From the human T2T-CHM13v2.0 reference genome, Homo sapiens, in the NCBI RefSeq assembly GCF_009914755.1, contig NC_060935.1: a stretch of 64,000 nt of DNA. One strand, given 5' to 3'. Below are positions 43,611-57,054 of this stretch, piece after piece. The position numbers and the translations under genes are program-made. Position 1 is the stretch's first letter, and each line of letters begins with the position of its first letter. The notes under the pieces were generated by a model that was not told the origin of the DNA, did not search any database, and was given only the letters and a program-made list of their open reading frames with translations.

Positions 43611-46600
43611 CCCCGAATTGTGCTCATTAGCAGCCACTTCCCGGTGCCAAGCTCTGCAAGACCTCACATCGCGACCTCCAGGCAGCCAAGGCCACATGGG
43701 GCAAGTGCAACGATTTCATGCTTCTGCGCCCTGCTGTTTCTCCATGCAGCGGCCCAGGGGTGCTTCTGGAACACATCTAGGCCTGAGCCCCTGGGTTCCG
43801 GGAGCCTGTGGAGAGCTTGCAGCTTGGGGCTGTCCCCAGGGCCCCTCTCTCTCAGTTTTGTTTGGAGCGGTGGCCTCGAATGCTGCCCGAGCCTGGGCTG
43901 GGGGTACCACCTGGGCAGAGGGATGCCCTGTGACCTCTCAGGGGGCTGCGGCATCTGGGAACACCCTGCCCTGGGCCCAGGGTTGGGGGGTCCATGGGAC
44001 AGGCATGGTGGGGTGGTGCTGGTGCAAAGCTGCCTGCCCAAGTGGGGAGTGCTCCAGCCGCATGGGGCATCAGTCACCTTGGGTATTGCTCCAGGAGCAG
44101 GCAGTCTGGGAGACCTCAGAGGAGGCCTGCTGGCTGGTCCACTGGTTTGTCAATCACTGGCAGGGCAGAGAGTGATGAGCTGGGCTTGGAGGGGACACAG
44201 TCTTGGATATGAGCCCAGCTCTGTGGGCACAGGCACTGTGGCCCCTTCTCCACTGGCCTCAGGTTCCTGGTGTGTGAGATGAGGTGGAAGTGAGCAGAGG
44301 GGGCTCCTGGCAGGGCTGCGAGCCTCCTACCTCTGGGTCCCACATCGGTGCTGGGTCCCAATGCCCACCTTGTCTCAGGGGTGACGTCATCACCTTTTGA
44401 AGAAGCCCCAGATGGTGTTGAATAGCGATCGCCACCCCCAGTGTGCACCAGGGAAGGAGCATCGTAGACCTAGCAGATGAGGGCAGGCATGACTGAGCCC
44501 GTCCCAGCTGGGCCTGGGTACCGGAGGCTTGTAACCTACAAGATGCCCTCAGAGCATAATTTGCATACAGGTGAGGGCCTGCGACAGAGGCCCTGCATGT
44601 CCAGAGGCATGGCCAGGTAGAGTAGGTAGGCAGGCTAGACACACCTGGAGATGCTGCCCTGGGCACACGCAGTTCCTGGGTAGGCCAGCGGAGGGCAGCA
44701 GAGCCTAGCGGCAGGCGACCCAGTGCCCAGGCCCTGGTACCCTCCTTGCCTCGCTCAGCACCAGGCCTGGGAAGGCAGGGGGAGTCCCCTCCTGGCAGGA
44801 GCTCCTCCTCCTCCTGGCAGCCTTCCTGGGCCTGTGCTGGGAACCTTACAACCCTTGCCTAAGAGACCCTAGGGGAATCTGTGTGGTGGCAGTGACAACC
44901 AACACTTGTTAGATTCTAGCCAGGAGAGAGGGTAGCGTGCTTTTAGTGGGGAGAGGGTGTGATGAGGTGGGCTGCTGGCTCCCACCACCAGGCCAGCCGG
45001 CCACCTGGAGTGCAGGGTACTGATGGGGCCCTCTCTGGCTGTGGGGTTCCCGCTGGGTGGGGCTGGAGCATCCCCTGGGTCTGTCCACCTGCCAGCCACT
45101 GTGGGGACACTCAGACTCCCTTCTCCCCGGGTGGGCCACGTCAGTGCCCCCGGGCATGTGAGGTGCTCAAAAGACCCTGCGCTTCTGTGGGTATGCGACT
45201 CATTCCACCTCATTTCCCCAGAAATCCGGGTCTCCAGGAGGCTCTTGCAGTCACCCCTTGCTGGTGAGTGCGCTTAGGGAAAGGCCATTTTCAGCCTTCA
45301 CTGGGGCAAAGAAAAGAGGCTCTGTGTCTGGGGATGCAGTGGGCCACTGGTGAGGGGGGTCACGCTTTGCAGACAGGGCCAAAGTCCCAGAAGGGGAAAT
45401 AGGTTGGGAGCTGTCAGAGGCCAAGTTGGACAGCTCCACCTTTCCCCCCGCACTGCACAGCCCCTTCTCCTGGAAGTGGACAGGGCAGGGAGGACTGAGA
45501 GGGGAAACTGAGGCCCAGACATCCAGGCAATTGCTGAGGTCACCCCAATGTCTGTTCCTTGAGTGCAGCAGTGGCTTGGGCCCCGGGTGCCCTGCCTGTC
45601 CATCAGCTCTGCCCACGCCCCCTCCCTGCTTTTTCTCCTTGGCATAGCCCACCCAGCCTCTGGCACAGCCCTGGAAAAATGGTCAAGGAAAACTCTGGGT
45701 GCTGGGCCAGCATCAGAGCAGAGCCTGGGGGACCCTGGACCTCCGTCGGTGGCTACAGCGGGAACACTGTGTGGAAGTGTGCTGTGCATACTCATGCATC
45801 CTCACTTCTGACTTACAGAGGAGGGAGCTGGGGCTCAGAACATCCTGGAACACGCCTGCCCCTGAGTACACCTGGGCTGGCTGCCTCCAGAAACCAGGGT
45901 GGTGTTGGCCACTCTGACAGGCAAAAGGGATTGCATTTGTTTTGGGAACTGTCTGAGGTTAGAAGTCACCCAGTGAAGACAGGAGAACACGGGTGGGGGA
46001 TATTGCCTCAGTCTGAGTGCCCAAAGGTGGCGGTATTAGCTCAGCCGTGGGGACAGGCGGTGCACAGCCTGTGCTCTGGCCAGGAGGAAGGGGTGCATCA
46101 GGGGCTCTGTGGCTGGAGGCAAGGAGACCTCTCAGTAGAGCTGGGAAGGAGGAGTGGGGGCCCTGCTCCCTTGAGAGGTGGCAGGTGGGCAACGATGGCC
46201 ATGGCTGGGCTGGAGGGAAACTGCTGACCCACGTCACTCGAGCGGGACATGAGACTGGCCCAGGCAGAAGGGCCTGAGACCCCAGGACCCTCATCAAACG
46301 TTCACCGGCTCCTTGGGGTTTGATGAAGGGTTCGCAGGCCCGGCAGTGTGCCCCCTCTGGGAGGCAGTCTTGCCTGGCTCATCTACCTCTGGCATTTGTT
46401 TCAGTTGCCAAGAATGTGTTTGGGGGCGCCAGGGCCGATGGTCCCACTTTCCACCTGGCAAGTAGTCCTGCCGTATAACTGAAAGGCAGCGACTCCACAT
46501 GACCATGGGGCAGGCAGGATGGCGAGCTCTGCTCCATCCTGCATGGGGGCAGTGGCCCCGGGAGGCGGACTCCGGGCTGGACGGGAGACATGGGGGAAAA

Positions 46601-46829
46601 GTGAATCTGGTAGAGGTTACAGAGGGGCCACCCACTTGGCTGGGGCAAGAAGGAATGCTTTCCAGAGAGGCCACACTTCCAGGCTGTGGGGACCCGAGCA
46701 CAGGGGTGGCGAGTTCTGGCATTTATTATTATTATTTGTTCCAGAACAAAATTCAACTCCCATCCTCAGTTGGCCAATAATGTGGTAGGAACAGGTGGGA
46801 GCTGACCCCCAGATGCAGGGTGCTGGGTG

Positions 46830-47260
46830 CTGTGCTGATTTTCTGGGGCTGCTGTGCAAAGTACCACAGCCTGAGTGGCTTTAGACCATGGAGATGTGCT
46901 GTGTTGCAGTTCTGGAGGCCAGAAGTCCCAGGTGCAGGTGCCAGCAGGACTGGGCACCCTCTGAAGGCCCTAGGGAAGCGTCCCTCCTTGCTGCTCCTGG
47001 CTTTTTGCGGCTCTGGTGTTCCTTGGCTTGTGGCTGCATCGTTCCAGTCTCTGTCTCCCCCTTCATGTGTCTTCTCCCCTGTGTGTCTGTGTCCACATTT
47101 CTCTCTACTTATAAGGACACCGATTGTATTGGATTCAGGGCCTTCCCTGCTCCAGTATAACCTCAACTTATTACATCTGCAGAAACCCTATTTCCAAGTA
47201 AAGTCACATCTGAGATTCCAAGTGGATGTGAATTTTAGGAGCACCTGATTCTACCTTTCC
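46830..47260 (-). mobile_element. MLT1 LTR
   Basis: ttccttggcttgtggctgcatc...cttataaggacac...tacatctgcagaaaccctatttccaa. Confidence 0.82.
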
Positions 47261-50200
47261 AGGTGTTTTCTCTCTCACAAGCATTCATGAGCAGGCAGCT
47301 TTTTGATTTTTACGGTGAGGGGCGGAACCCAGCATTGCTTTGAATGGCCGCATGCTAGGCATTGGGAGGGGTGAAGGCCAGAGAGTGGGGTGCAGGTATC
47401 AGGAATGAAGGGATGGGGGCCAGGGAGGCTCTAGCATCCAGTCTTCCTTCTGATCCCAGCCTTGCCATTTGCAGCTGTTTGGTGTTTGGGCAAATTATTG
47501 GACCTGCCTGAACTTTAGTTTCCACATCTGTAAAATGGGCCCGTTATTTCTCTGCACTGCACTGGCATCAGTTGCTGGTTCTCTGTAGCGAATGGAGACG
47601 ACAGAGTCGGTTTGTACAGGGCCAGGAATGGTGTCCTCAGAAATGTTCCGGGGGTGGCCCCAGCTTCTCCTCCACCCGCTGGCTGCACAGACTCCTTGTG
47701 CCTTGGGTGCCTCATCTGCAGAACGGGAATAACCACAGTTCCTGCCCTGTTGGCTTAAGGCGAGGACAGGTGGGAGATGGGCCCAAAGCCCTCCCAGGTG
47801 CCTGGCCCGGGGCCAGCCTTCGATGCAGATCAGCCTCCGTGCAAGTCAGCTCTGGGGCTCAGGCATCTGGAGATGGTCGGGGAGGCTCTTGCAGATCTTT
47901 CTTCTTTCCCCCGAGACCCTGGCTCCACTGTGGGTTTTGTTGGCATTATTGGAGGGCGGTGGGGAGTGAGTGGCGGCGAGATGGACCTGGTAGCGATGAC
48001 AGTTGCCAGCCACATCTCCAAGGTGGACTTGGTCCCAGCCTGGCAGCACAGGTGAAGCTGGGAGTGGTGCGTGCAGGGCTCTCTGAGTAAGCGGCATCCC
48101 AGAGCCTTCCTCTTGGACACTGACCGATGGGACATCGGGCCACGCAGCGTCCACACGCAAGCACTTGCCACCAAGTGTGTCTGCAGCGAGAAGATGCCAG
48201 GGGCTTGTGTGGCAGTGGAGCTGTCAGCGCCCACCTGCTGGGTCGAAAGCACCTGTCTCTGCCCAGAAGGGAGGGTCCCGTGGTGGGTGAATGAAGGTTG
48301 GGTTGGTTTCACAGACCCCCGTCGTGCCCACTTTGCCTGTCTCTCTGTCTAGACTGAGGCCACGTCAGCTGGCAGGGCCTGTGAGCCCTCTGGCCTTACA
48401 TTTCCTTGGTCTGGGCCTCTCTGTGTCACATGGCGAATGATCCCTGAGCAACAGTGCCACGTCCTTGGGGAGCTTCGGTTTGAAGGGGCCCCTCCATGGA
48501 TCTTTTGTAACGTGAGCCATTGCCCCGTGGGTTGGGGTTTCCATGGATTGGTGGGGCACACCGCACCTGTGGTCAGCCCCCACCCCCATCTTTGAGTCTG
48601 GGTAAGACAACTCTGGCCTTGCCCGGCCCGGGGTGCCCCCACAGCTCATTCACCTGGCACAGAGAGGCAGTGAGCAAACCAAGAAAGGCACTTTTGATCT
48701 GGGGACGGCTGGCACGTTTGCCAAGAGCCCCCAGACAGCCCTGCCTGGCTCGAGCCCAAGACAGCTTCTCAAAGGGCAGTTCCTTTGAGAGAGACTGTTG
48801 GGAAACACCTTTGAAAAATGGCTTTGTGCAGCCGGCCTGGAGGGCTGTGGACCGAGCCCCAGGGCTCCTCCTTGGCCACCAGCCTGGGTCCCAGGACGCA
48901 GGGCCATATGGCAGGTTTAGAAATTAAGCCAGGCCCTGACATTCCTGTGTGCAGCTCCGGAGGCCCCCTCCCCGCCCCGTGCCTGCAGCCCACTCCCTAC
49001 CTCTGCCAGCCCGGGGCTCAGCGCCTGCCCTGTGCTTGGGGTGGGGTGAGGAGCTGGGCTTCCACGCCAGCCGACTGGGAAGCTTCTCCAAGTGGTGAAA
49101 CCCAAGGGAAAGCCGTGGAGTCTTTCCCCGCTGCCACCCGCCTTGGTTTAGTGATGCTCTGCTGGGCCACGTATCCTGCTCTCAGAGTTCAGAAGGGACT
49201 TAATCTATTTTTGTCCTGTTCAGCCAGGATGATTATCTTTAATAAGGCCATCTTGAACGTTTCCTTGTCAGCTCGTTTTAAGGAAATGTTTGCGCATTAA
49301 GCATTTTCCCACAGCGGTAAGACAATGTGCTGTCCCTTGCCAAAGATCACATTTGCCATCCTCGGCGTTCCTGCCTCTGGACGGTGAGCCTGGAGGCTGG
49401 CCAGCCCATTGCTGCCAGGGGCCCTCCATTGATCACTATCAGGATGTGATTGATTAATATCATGGAGGAGGAGGCCTGCGCTTGGCTGGCCCGGAGCTCC
49501 CTGCTGCCGAGGGGCTCTGTGGGCAGGGTCCATGACCACTGGCAGTGGGGAGGGGCAGCAGCGAGGTGGTGCATGGGCTCCGGCAGGTGGCCTGAGTGAT
49601 GGGCTGAGCTTGGCCGTAGCCGTGTGAACCGGCCGCCCGGCCCTGCCCCCAGCTCTTTGAAGCACTTCCAGTTTGCCCAGCTGGGTACGTCCAGTGCAGC
49701 CCTTTACATTTCCAGTTTGTCCAGATCCACAAAGCAAAACCAAACTTTCCAGGTCCCCTGAGGCCTGCTGGCCCTGGCTCCCAGGCCCGGCTGCCCAGTG
49801 AGGCGCTGTGGGAAGGTGCCTCTGGGTGATTCTCTGAGCCCGTGGGCAGGGGACGGAGGGAGCTTGTCCCAGCCTCCTGTCCTTGGTGAACTGCTCCAGT
49901 GGGGACAGGCCTCCCTCCACCATCTTCCCACTCAGGGCTACCCAGAGGCCAGGCTCCCAGGGCCCAGCCCTCACCTGCTGAGTGACCAGGGCAGGGGACA
50001 GCATCTGTATCTGGCTGTGTGGGGGCCCAGCCACAGAAAGGCAGGTGGGACAGCAAATGGCAGCGTTTGGGGTTTTCAGAGGCCACAGCTTCTGGGGAGA
50101 GGAGGATCCCTGAGCATGAATGGTTGCAACAGGATGTGGGGAGGGAAGAGGAAGAACTGGTCCAGACAGAGAAGGAGTAAGGAGGGCCCAGGGCAGTGGG

Positions 50201-50619
50201 CAATGCTGTGTCTGCTCCATATCCAAGAGGTGGTGCTGGGGCTGATGCCTGCGGAGAGGTGGGCAGCCCAGGGACTGCCTGGCCTGCTTGAGAAGCTAAT
50301 GGCTGGATGGGTAGGGCCATCCAGTGAGGGTATTTTCTAAATTGGAAAGTCCCTGATTTTTTGGGAGCTGGAGAACTTTAAAGTGGGAAGGGCCTGTGGA
50401 GAACTTAGCATCAGGTCCCCTGGTGTTGGGGAGGCTGAAACCTGGCATGGCAGGAGTGGCCCAGCCCGTGCTGCTGGGAGAGGACCAGTGGCTGCTGCAC
50501 TAAGAGCTTACCTGGGGCAGGTCCACGGGTCTCTCACAGTGCAAACCCCATGGCCTGGAATGCAGTATTCATGCCAGAAACACTGAGAAAGGCTCTGCCA
50601 TCCAGGGACTATGCTGTGA

Positions 50620-50852
50620 GGGTTTGCTGAGCACCAGGATTTTCTGAGCAGTGGGGTTTGCTAAGCACCTGGGTTTTGCTAAGCACCAGGGTTTGCTGAG
50701 CACTGGGGTTTGCTGAGCACCAGGGTTTGCTGAGCACCAGGATTTTCTAAGCAGTGGGGTTTGCTAAGCACCTGGGTTTTGCTGAGCACCAGGATTTTCT
50801 CAGCAGTGGGGTTTGCTAAGCACCTGGGTTTGCTGAGCACCAGGGTTTGCTG
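50620..50852 (+). repeat. 17-18-bp tandem repeat, ~13 copies
   Basis: gggtttgct(g/a)agcacca and ggattttctgagcagtg variants. Confidence 0.9.
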
Positions 50853-51451
50853 ACTACCATACTGCCTTGGATGCCACAGTGAATGCAGGCACAGCCCCAC
50901 CTGAATGTTGCTTCAGCCTCCTCTTATCCCAGCTCTGTGAGATGGGGCCCCCACACCCCAGGGTTGTCCAGAGTATCACACCTCAGGATTGTCCAGAGTA
51001 TCACACCTGGTCACACCCTCCTCCTCATCTTGGGAGAAGCCTCTGTGACCCACCTGCTCATGCCCGTGTCCTGGGCTCGGTGTTGATGCTCCCACCCCAC
51101 CCCATTGCAGTCATCAACAAAGTCCATTTGAACCTCCAAGCACATTTTTGGTCTGCCTCTCCTCATTCCCTCTCCCCTGTCCCAGCCCCGCCATCCAACA
51201 CACCTGGAGGACTATAGTGGTCCCTGATGGTCCACCTGTTTCTCCACTGCTGACTTCTCTGCTCTGTCTTTGCACCCGCAGCAGCTATTGGATCATGTCC
51301 CTCCCCGTTGTGAAACTCAGCCATGGCCGTCCACAGCCCTCCACCCTGGTCCCCAGCCTGCGTGCACGAGCCCCTGCCCACTGTGAGCCTGCCACCCCTG
51401 CCATGTCACTGGCCAGCACTACACCTCCCAGCCTCAGGGCCTTTGTCCAGG

Positions 51452-51900
51452 ATGTTTGGATTGGGCTGAATGATGACCCCCTTAACGTATGTCCAAATCC
51501 TAACCTAGAACCTGTGGGTGTGACCTTTTTGGAAAGAAGGGTCTTTGCAGGTGAAATTAAGGTAAGGGATGAGATCATCCTGGATTATCTGTGTGGGCTC
51601 AAAATCCAATGCCAGGTGTCTCATGAGAGAAGAGGTGAAGACACGGAGAGGAGGAGGAGGATGCACGAAGACAGAGGCAGAGACTGGAGTGATGTGGCCA
51701 CAGTCAAGGAACACCTGGAGCCCCCAGGAGCTGGAAGTGTCAGGAAGGACCCTCCTCTAGCACTTTCAGAGGGAGGGCGGCCTTGCTGACACCTGGGTCT
51801 TGGGCTTCGGGTCCCCAGAACTGAGAAAATAAGTCTGTGTTGTTCTGAGCCACCCAGTTTGGGATGGTTTGTTACAGCAGCTGCAGGAGACTTGTACACA
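51452..51900 (+). mobile_element. MLT1 LTR
   Basis: gtgacctttttggaaagaagggtctttgcaggtg...gagatcatcctggattat...ccagaactgagaaaataa. Confidence 0.85.
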
Positions 51901-52189
51901 TTTGTTCTGCCGACACGCTTTTCTCATTCTCACACGCCTTTCAGGTCTCAGACCCACTCCCTGGGGGAGGAGCTCCTTGGTGCCCATCCAAGCACCTGCC
52001 CCTGCCCCTTTGGGAGCCCCACCACAGTCTATGATCATGCATTTATTGATCACTTATTAACTTATTTATTGGCTAATTACACATTTGTTGACTATTGAAA
52101 ATGCGAACTATGTCTGGTTTACCTTTGAATCCCAGCATCTGTGAAGAGCCGGCTCCTGCTATTATTATTGTTAATCAGTATTAGTATTA

Positions 52190-52600
52190 GCATTAAATGA
52201 ATGAACAGGTACCTCCTCATTCATTCATTTATCCATTCAATTACCATTTATTGAATGCTGCTGGGTGCCAGGGGCTGGGGATATGGCTGTGAACAAGACA
52301 GACCCAAGTGCCTGCCTTGGTGGGCTCTTCTAGTCAGAGTGGCCAGGAGAAGCAGACCAAGTGTCTGGTGCATCAGGCAGTGGTGAGCTCCAGTGGAGAT
52401 TTAGCCTGGGCCAGGGCAGGCCTGGCTGATGAAGGAACACACATCCAAGGAAAGGGAGGCAGGGATCCCAGTGGAGACCTCAGGACAGAGCAGCACATGC
52501 CAAGGCCCTGAGGTGGGGCATGCTGAGCTCCTCGAGGTTCCCTGAAGGGGCCTTGTGTGGAGCAGAGGAGCTCCTGGCGGTTTGAGTGGAGGAAGGATGA
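52190..52600 (-). mobile_element. L2 3' fragment
   Basis: attcattcatt...ttattgaatgc...gtgccagg...ggatatggctgtgaacaagacagac. Confidence 0.7.
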
Positions 52601-52999
52601 GATCCAATGTACTCTGTTAAGGCTCGCCCTGAGTCCTGATGGCTGGGATGTCCATGGCCTTTGAGCTGTGCAGTGGAGAAGTGAGAAGTGAGGATCTGCA
52701 GGGGTGGCTCCAGGCATTTTTGAGTCTGCAAGGGAGACAACTGATCACTTTAATCAGGCACTGCAAACTCTTTAGATCAAGAGCTGGGAGATGTGGCCAT
52801 TTTCTTGCTCACTCTGAGGTGGGAGATAGCTGAGGTGTTGACCAAGATCAAGACAGGGCAGCACCACCGTTTGCCATGCTCTGCCTTTAGGCATCTCCCA
52901 CCTGGCTGCCTTGAAGAACACTTGCTCCCTTCAGAGTTGCAAATCAATCAATTGATAAATCAATCAATACATCAATCCTCATGTTACTTTGTTAATCAT

Positions 53000-53200
53000 C
53001 TCCTGTATCAGTCACAGCACTGGCATCTGGCACACATTATCAAATTTAATCCTTCCTACTTTCCCTTATGAGGCCCTTTATACAGATGAGGAAACCGAGG
53101 CTCAGAGAGGAAAGTCTGTGGCTTCAGGGTCATCAGCTAGGAAGTGGCCAACTCTGGCACAGACCTCAGGCCTGTGTGAGGCTGAGTTCAGTGTGTCCTG
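53000..53200 (-). mobile_element. MIR
   Basis: tacagatgaggaaaccgaggctcagagagg core. Confidence 0.7.
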
Positions 53201-53519
53201 GCATGGAAGAGAGAGAAGTTGGCAGATGCAGTGCCCTAGCATCTACTTGGAGGAAGAGGTTGGGATCCTTGGGAGAGAGGGCTTCTGGAAGTGCAAGTGT
53301 TCTAGGAGAGAACTGTGTGAGCAGTGCACAGTGCTGGAAAACATGGGGCCAAGAGGTTGGCCTGGTGGGGTTCTCTGTCTCTGAGGCTACGACTGGGGGA
53401 CACAGCCAGTGGGGTCCCTGACTGAGACCTTTGTAGAGTTCTAGGGAGAGAAAGGCAGGAAATACAAATTATTCTACCAAGACAGTTGTCTTTCTGGGGT
53501 ATGACCAGTTTTCTCCACC

Positions 53520-54947
53520 CACCATCCATCCATCCATCCATCCATCCATCCATCCATCCATCTAAATATCCATCCATTCATCCATCCATCCATCCATCCA
53601 TCTGTCCATCTAAACATCCATCCATCCATCCATCCGTCCGTCTGCCCGTCCGTCCATCCATCCATCCAAACATCCATCCATCCATCCATCCAAACATCCA
53701 TCCATTCATCCATCCATCCATCCAAACATCCATCTATTCATCCAAACATCCATCCATCCATCTAAACATCCATCTATTCATCCATCCATTCATTCATCCA
53801 AACATCGATCCATCCATCCATTCATCCATCCAAACATCCACCCGTCCATCCAAACATTCATCCAAACATCCATCCATCCATCCATCCATCCATCCATCCA
53901 TCCATCCATCCATCTAAACATTTATCCATCCATCCAAACATCCATCCATCCAACCATTCAAACACCCATCCATCCAACCATCCAAACACCCATCTATTCA
54001 TCCATCCATTCATCCATCCATCCATCCAAACATCTGTCCATCCATCCATCCATCCATCCATCCATCCATCCGTCTGTCCATCCATCCATCCATCCAAGCA
54101 TTTATTCATCCATCCAAACATCCATCCTCCATCCAGACATCCATCTGTTCATCCATCCATCCATCCATCCATCCATCCATCCAAACATCCATCTGTCCAG
54201 ACATCCATCTATTCATTCATCCATCCATCTATCCATCCATCCATCCATCCATCCATCCAAACATCCATCCATCCATCCATCTATCCATCCAAACATCCAT
54301 CTGTCCATCTAAACATTCATTCAAACGTCTATCCATCCATCCGTCCATCCATCCATTCATCCATCCATCCATCCATCTAAATATCCATCCATTCATCCAT
54401 CCATCCATCCATCCATCTAAACATTCGTCCATCCATCCATCCATCCATCTGTCCATCCAAACATCCATCTGTCCATCCAAACATCCATCCATCCATCCAT
54501 CCGTCCATCCAAACATCCATCCATCCATCCATCCATCCAAACACTCATCTGTTCATCCATCCATTCAGCCATCCATTCTTTCATCCATCCATCTAAACAT
54601 TCATCCATCCATCCATCCATCCATCCATCCAGGCATCCATCCAAACATCCATCCATCTGTCCATCTGTCCATCCATCCATTCGTTCGTCCATCTGTCCAC
54701 CCGTCCATCCATCCAGCCATCCATCTATCCATCCATCTAAGCATTTATCCATCCATCCAGACATCCATCCGTCCATCCAAACATCCATCTGTCCATCCAT
54801 CCATCCATCCATCCAAACATCCATCCAAACATCCATCCATCCATCCATCCATCCATCCATCCATCCATCCAAACATACATCCATCCATCCATCCATCCAT
54901 CCATCCATCCATCCATCCATCCAAACATTCCCCAAATATCTATCCAA
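53520..54947 (+). repeat. Degenerate (TCCA)n satellite-like tract, ~1.4 kb
   Basis: catc runs punctuated by caaacatc and tctgtcc. Confidence 0.97.
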
Positions 54948-56570
54948 ACTCCCTACTTCCCTCTTTGTAGTCTATGACAAACATTCTTGTTGGTACTGGG
55001 GATACAGGATGGATCCTAGTTCCTGCTCTCAGGAGGCTGGGAAGCTCTGAAGAAATGATTATGCAAATCTACTAGAATTGTGAGGACCACCAGGAAGGAA
55101 GGTACAGCACTCACTAAGAGTGTATAACCAGGCCCCCCTCACCTGGTGCTCAGAGTGGGCTTCTCTGGCAAGTGAGCTGAGATGAATTGGATGAGCCAGA
55201 GTGACCTGGTCGGGAGCAGAGAAGCGCAGTCCCAGTGGGAGGAACAGAATGTGCAAAGCGTCTGAAGAAGGAAGGGCTTGTTGAAGTGGGAAGACTGGTG
55301 TCTGTAGGGGTGGGTGGGGAAAATGAAGAGGCTGTGGAGGAGGCGGGGGGCTCAGGCACTGGGTCGGGGGGCCATACTCTGATGATGCTGACAGACTCAG
55401 GGTCAGGTGATCACTCTGGGGTGTGAACTCAATGTGGCCCCCTTCCAATTCTGTTTTGCAGTCTCTGCTTTCTCAGAAGGTTACTCCAAAAGGGGACCAC
55501 AAGGTCAAGATGGGCATGGGGAGGCTTTGGATGCCGAAGCAGTTTTATTTTGGCAAGTCAGCCGAAGGAGCACGTGCGCCTAAAATTAGGCAAGAGTGTG
55601 AGCTGCACACAAGTTCACACGCTCAAAACTCCTGTGGGCAGGGCCTGCGCAGCTCTCCTCTGTCTGTTAATGGTACAGTCTGTTCAGACCTTTGGAACAT
55701 TCCTCAGCTTTTATTTAATGTAGGAAGAATCATTTCTGGAATTAGCATATAAATTGGCAGAAGTCAGCAGCTCTAGCAGAAGTCACTCTCTGTGTCAGGA
55801 CAGGAGAGCGAAGGCCTGTGCATGGATGGGAGGTCCACTCCCACTCCCCTGGCGCCCTCCTTTCCCCTTCAAGGGGCATTTACATGGTTCATTTAAAACA
55901 CTCCAGCCTTCTTCCCAAAATGTGCAACTTGGGAAAGAATCTGTGTCCCTTCAGCTCTGGCTGCAAGGGGAGAGGGGTCGTGGCCAGGGACGGGGTGCTG
56001 AGGAGAGCATGGGAAGCCTTTCTGACCAAATGGCTTGCTTCGGGAAAATTTTCCCACAGGAGTGGCCCCATGGCCTGCCTCCCAGCACAAGGTTATTGAA
56101 AGGGAACACAGAGAAATGTTCACTGCCCTAAGCTGTCTTGTCTGGTCTGGTCGGGGGCAGATATTTTACACATTTTATAGCCCTATTAGTTTTAGGTCTT
56201 TTGGATAGGGGTGACCAGTTGATCATTAACTGTTTGCTACGTGTGGCATTCCGAATTCTGGCCCCAGATAGCTCAGCCCAGCGTGCTGATTCCGCCTGGC
56301 CATTGGGCCATGGCTGGGTGGGCCGCCGCCTTCCCCAGCGGGTGGGGCGAATTCTCCTGATGCCAGGGCTGGGGCCCATGTGGAGGCCTCCCTGGCTCCC
56401 TCAGGCTCTGGTGTGAACACTTCATTATCCTTTCTGGGAGTTCAATCCCCTTGTGAACCCTTCACCATGGTGTCTTCACAAGACTGTGGGCGTCTGCCCT
56501 AAAAAGGCACCAGTGATTTGATTCTGACATTCCTACTTTGGTGTGTTTCCCCCAGAATAAAATAGCAATC

Positions 56571-57054
<484 letters not shown>

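Noticed and set aside
49297-50340. Overlapping 180-309 aa ORFs downstream of TPCN2
   Set aside because: They are typical chance ORFs in GC-rich DNA, with no recognisable family or splice structure.
53302-54947. MDGW/HPSI repeat ORFs
   Set aside because: They are translations of the (TCCA)n microsatellite.
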